Positions 61,667-64,000 of a DNA stretch of 64,000 nucleotides are shown in pieces. Made by a program: the position numbers and the translations under genes. Positions within the stretch are counted from its first letter, which is position 1, and each line of letters begins with the position of its first letter. Origin of the DNA: an uncultured SAR116 cluster alpha proteobacterium (GTDB taxonomy: Bacteria > Pseudomonadota > Alphaproteobacteria > Puniceispirillales > Marisalimonadaceae); assembly GCA_902578805.1 (NCBI GenBank), contig CACHEH010000005.1, positions 5,500 through 69,499 on the forward strand, given 5' to 3'. Under the pieces are notes generated by a model. It saw nothing but the letters and a program-made list of their open reading frames with translations, was not told where the DNA came from and made no database searches.

Positions 61667-62218
61667 ATGAGCGTTTCATCTGGTTTGTCAGGTAGATATG
61701 CTAAAGCTATGTATGAATTAGCCGAAGAAAAAAAGATCTTAACAAAAATAGTTGATGACTTTATGAGCCTCAAAAAGTTACTTGAAGAAAGTGATTCTTT
61801 GTCTAATTTATTCAAGTCACCAGCCATTTCTAAATCTGATAAACAAAACTCAATACTTAAAATTTTAAATAAAGCTAAAGCTCAAAAATTAACTACCAAG
61901 TTTTTCGGAACTTTGGCAAGTAATGGAAGATTAATATTAATCAACGAAGTAATAGATGACTTTTTATCAGAAGTATCTAGAATTAATGGTGAGGTTAAAG
62001 CTGAAGTCACATCATCTTTTAAACTTGACCAGGATCAACAAAAAAAAGTTGTAGCAGCAATATCTAAAGCAACAGGTATTAAAAAAATAATAATATCAAC
62101 AAGCGTTGATGAAAGTTTGATTGGAGGCCTTATTGTTAAAATAGGTTCCAAAATGATAGATAACTCATTAAAAACTAAATTAAATAGACTTGAAATAGCT
62201 ATGAGAGGAACAAACTAA
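61667..62218 (+). CDS. atpH: ATP synthase F1 delta subunit
   Basis: [33 protein letters not shown]. Confidence 0.95.
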   Translation: MSVSSGLSGRYAKAMYELAEEKKILTKIVDDFMSLKKLLEESDSLSNLFKSPAISKSDKQNSILKILNKAKAQKLTTKFFGTLASNGRLILINEVIDDFLSEVSRINGEVKAEVTSSFKLDQDQQKKVVAAISKATGIKKIIISTSVDESLIGGLIVKIGSKMIDNSLKTKLNRLEIAMRGTN

Positions 62219-63753
62219 TGGACATCCGTGCAGCAGAAATATCAACAATATTAAAAGATCAGATTGAAAATTTTGGTGCTGACGCTGAAGTTACAGAAGT
62301 TGGTAAGGTTTTATCAGTAGGAGATGGAATTGCGCGTGTTTACGGGCTTGATCAGATACAAGCTGGTGAAATGGTTGAGTTTCCTGGTAGCATTGCTGGC
62401 ATGGCTTTAAACCTAGAAAGAGACAATGTCGGCGTAGTTATATTCGGTAGCGATAAAACAATTAAAGAAGGTGACATTGTTAAAAGAACTGGTTCTATTG
62501 TTGACGTTCCAATAGGTAAAGGACTGTTAGGAAGAGTTGTTGATGCACTTGGCAACCCTATAGATGGTAAAGGTTCTCTTAAAAACGTCAAAAGATCAAG
62601 AGTTGAGACTAAAGCTCCGGGTATAATGCCAAGAGAATCAGTGAGTGAACCTATGCAAACTGGATTGAAAGCAATCGATTCGCTTATTCCTGTAGGAAGA
62701 GGGCAAAGAGAGCTTATTATTGGAGATAGGCAAACTGGCAAAACGGCTATTGCGATAGATACTTTTTTAAATCAAAAAAGTACTAATGATAAAGCGGGTA
62801 AAGATGATACCAAAAAACTGTTTTGTATTTATGTAGCAGTAGGTCAAAAAAGATCTACGGTAGCGCAAATTGTTAAAACTTTAGAAGAAAGAGGAGCGCT
62901 AGACTATTCAATTGTTGTAGCAGCTACAGCATCTGATCCAGCTCCTATGCAATTTCTTGCGCCTTACTCTGCTGCTGCTATGGGAGAATTTTTCAGAGAT
63001 AATGGAATGCACGCGGTTATTGTCTATGATGACTTATCAAAACAAGCTGTTGCCTACAGACAAATGTCTCTACTTTTAAGGAGACCTCCTGGAAGAGAAG
63101 CATACCCGGGTGATGTGTTTTATTTACATTCTCGTTTGCTTGAAAGAGCTGCGAAATTAAATAGTGAAAACGGATCTGGATCTTTAACAGCCCTTCCAAT
63201 CATTGAAACACAAGGTGGCGATGTTTCTGCATTCATTCCAACCAATGTAATTTCAATTACAGATGGTCAAATTTTTCTAGAAACTGAATTGTTTTATAAA
63301 GGTATAAGACCGGCTGTTAATGTTGGATTATCAGTTTCCAGGGTTGGCTCAGCTGCTCAAATTAAAGCCATGAAACAAGTTGCTGGTACTATCAAGTTAG
63401 ACCTTGCACAATATCGAGAAATGGCTGCTTTTGCTCAATTTGCTTCTGATATGGATGCTTCAACTAGACAACTCTTATCTAGAGGGGAAAGGTTAACTGA
63501 ATTACTAAAACAACCTCAATACTCTCCAATGAATGTTGAAGAGCAAGTAGCTGTAATTTTTGCCGGAGTTAAAGGATATTTAGATCAAATCCCAACACAA
63601 AAAATTGGTGAGTTTGAACAGTCACTTATCCAAAATCTAAATGCTAAGGGTTCCAATATTTTAGAATCAATAAGTAAGGATAAATCTATTTCAGATGATA
63701 CTGAAAAAGCTCTAAAAGACACATTAGATGAATTAGTGAAGAATTTTGCTTAA
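62218..63753 (+). CDS. atpA: ATP synthase F1 alpha subunit
   Basis: [39 protein letters not shown]. Confidence 0.99.
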   Translation: MDIRAAEISTILKDQIENFGADAEVTEVGKVLSVGDGIARVYGLDQIQAGEMVEFPGSIAGMALNLERDNVGVVIFGSDKTIKEGDIVKRTGSIVDVPIGKGLLGRVVDALGNPIDGKGSLKNVKRSRVETKAPGIMPRESVSEPMQTGLKAIDSLIPVGRGQRELIIGDRQTGKTAIAIDTFLNQKSTNDKAGKDDTKKLFCIYVAVGQKRSTVAQIVKTLEERGALDYSIVVAATASDPAPMQFLAPYSAAAMGEFFRDNGMHAVIVYDDLSKQAVAYRQMSLLLRRPPGREAYPGDVFYLHSRLLERAAKLNSENGSGSLTALPIIETQGGDVSAFIPTNVISITDGQIFLETELFYKGIRPAVNVGLSVSRVGSAAQIKAMKQVAGTIKLDLAQYREMAAFAQFASDMDASTRQLLSRGERLTELLKQPQYSPMNVEEQVAVIFAGVKGYLDQIPTQKIGEFEQSLIQNLNAKGSNILESISKDKSISDDTEKALKDTLDELVKNFA

Positions 63754-63781
63754 AGAATTAAATAAGTAAGGATTGGATTAA

Positions 63782-64000
63782 ATGCCTTCTTTAAAAGATC
63801 TTAAAAATAGAATTGGTTCAGTCAAGTCTACACAAAAAATTACTTCAGCAATGAAGATGGTTGCTGCAGCTAAACTTCGTAAAGCTCAAGAGCAGGCTTT
63901 ATCCTCTAGACCTTATACTTCTCTTATGGACAGCGTTGTATCCAAAATTTCTTCTAAAGCAATTGGAAACTCGATAGATCTTCTAAGTGGCAAAAAAGAA
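63782..64000 (+). CDS. atpG: ATP synthase F1 gamma subunit, 5' part truncated by window edge
   Basis: Hand translation [37 protein letters not shown]. Confidence 0.95.
   Translation, partial: MPSLKDLKNRIGSVKSTQKITSAMKMVAAAKLRKAQEQALSSRPYTSLMDSVVSKISSKAIGNSIDLLSGKKE

Overview
AT-rich, gene-dense bacterial DNA with the hallmarks of a streamlined marine alphaproteobacterium (inferred from irr, the xerC-tal-priA-atpHAG order and TRAP transporters; the lineage cannot be fixed from sequence alone). Four blocks: (1) 1-17.6 kb organic-acid catabolism, including a cluster that mirrors the known itaconate/C5-dicarboxylate locus (two hydratase types, MmgE/PrpD x2, class III CoA-transferase x2, CitE-like lyase, TRAP, acyl-CoA dehydrogenase); (2) 17.6-47.7 kb phosphate-starvation supercluster (ppk1-ppx, complete C-P lyase phn genes with acr3 attached, a CX5R phosphatase, plcP plus a glycosyltransferase fused to diacylglycerol kinase, and unknown genes), with repeated 11-bp-period Pho-box-like sites; (3) 47.7-57.6 kb mixed metabolic genes and a Fur-box/irr/ICE/katG module; (4) core genes xerC, tal, priA, atpH, atpA and the start of atpG. 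No rRNA, tRNA, CRISPR or mobile element was recognised. Most notable: the in-frame Agt-DgkA fusion, a four-unit Pho-box array before an unknown TPR protein, and Pho-linked arsenic-handling candidates flanking the phn cluster.
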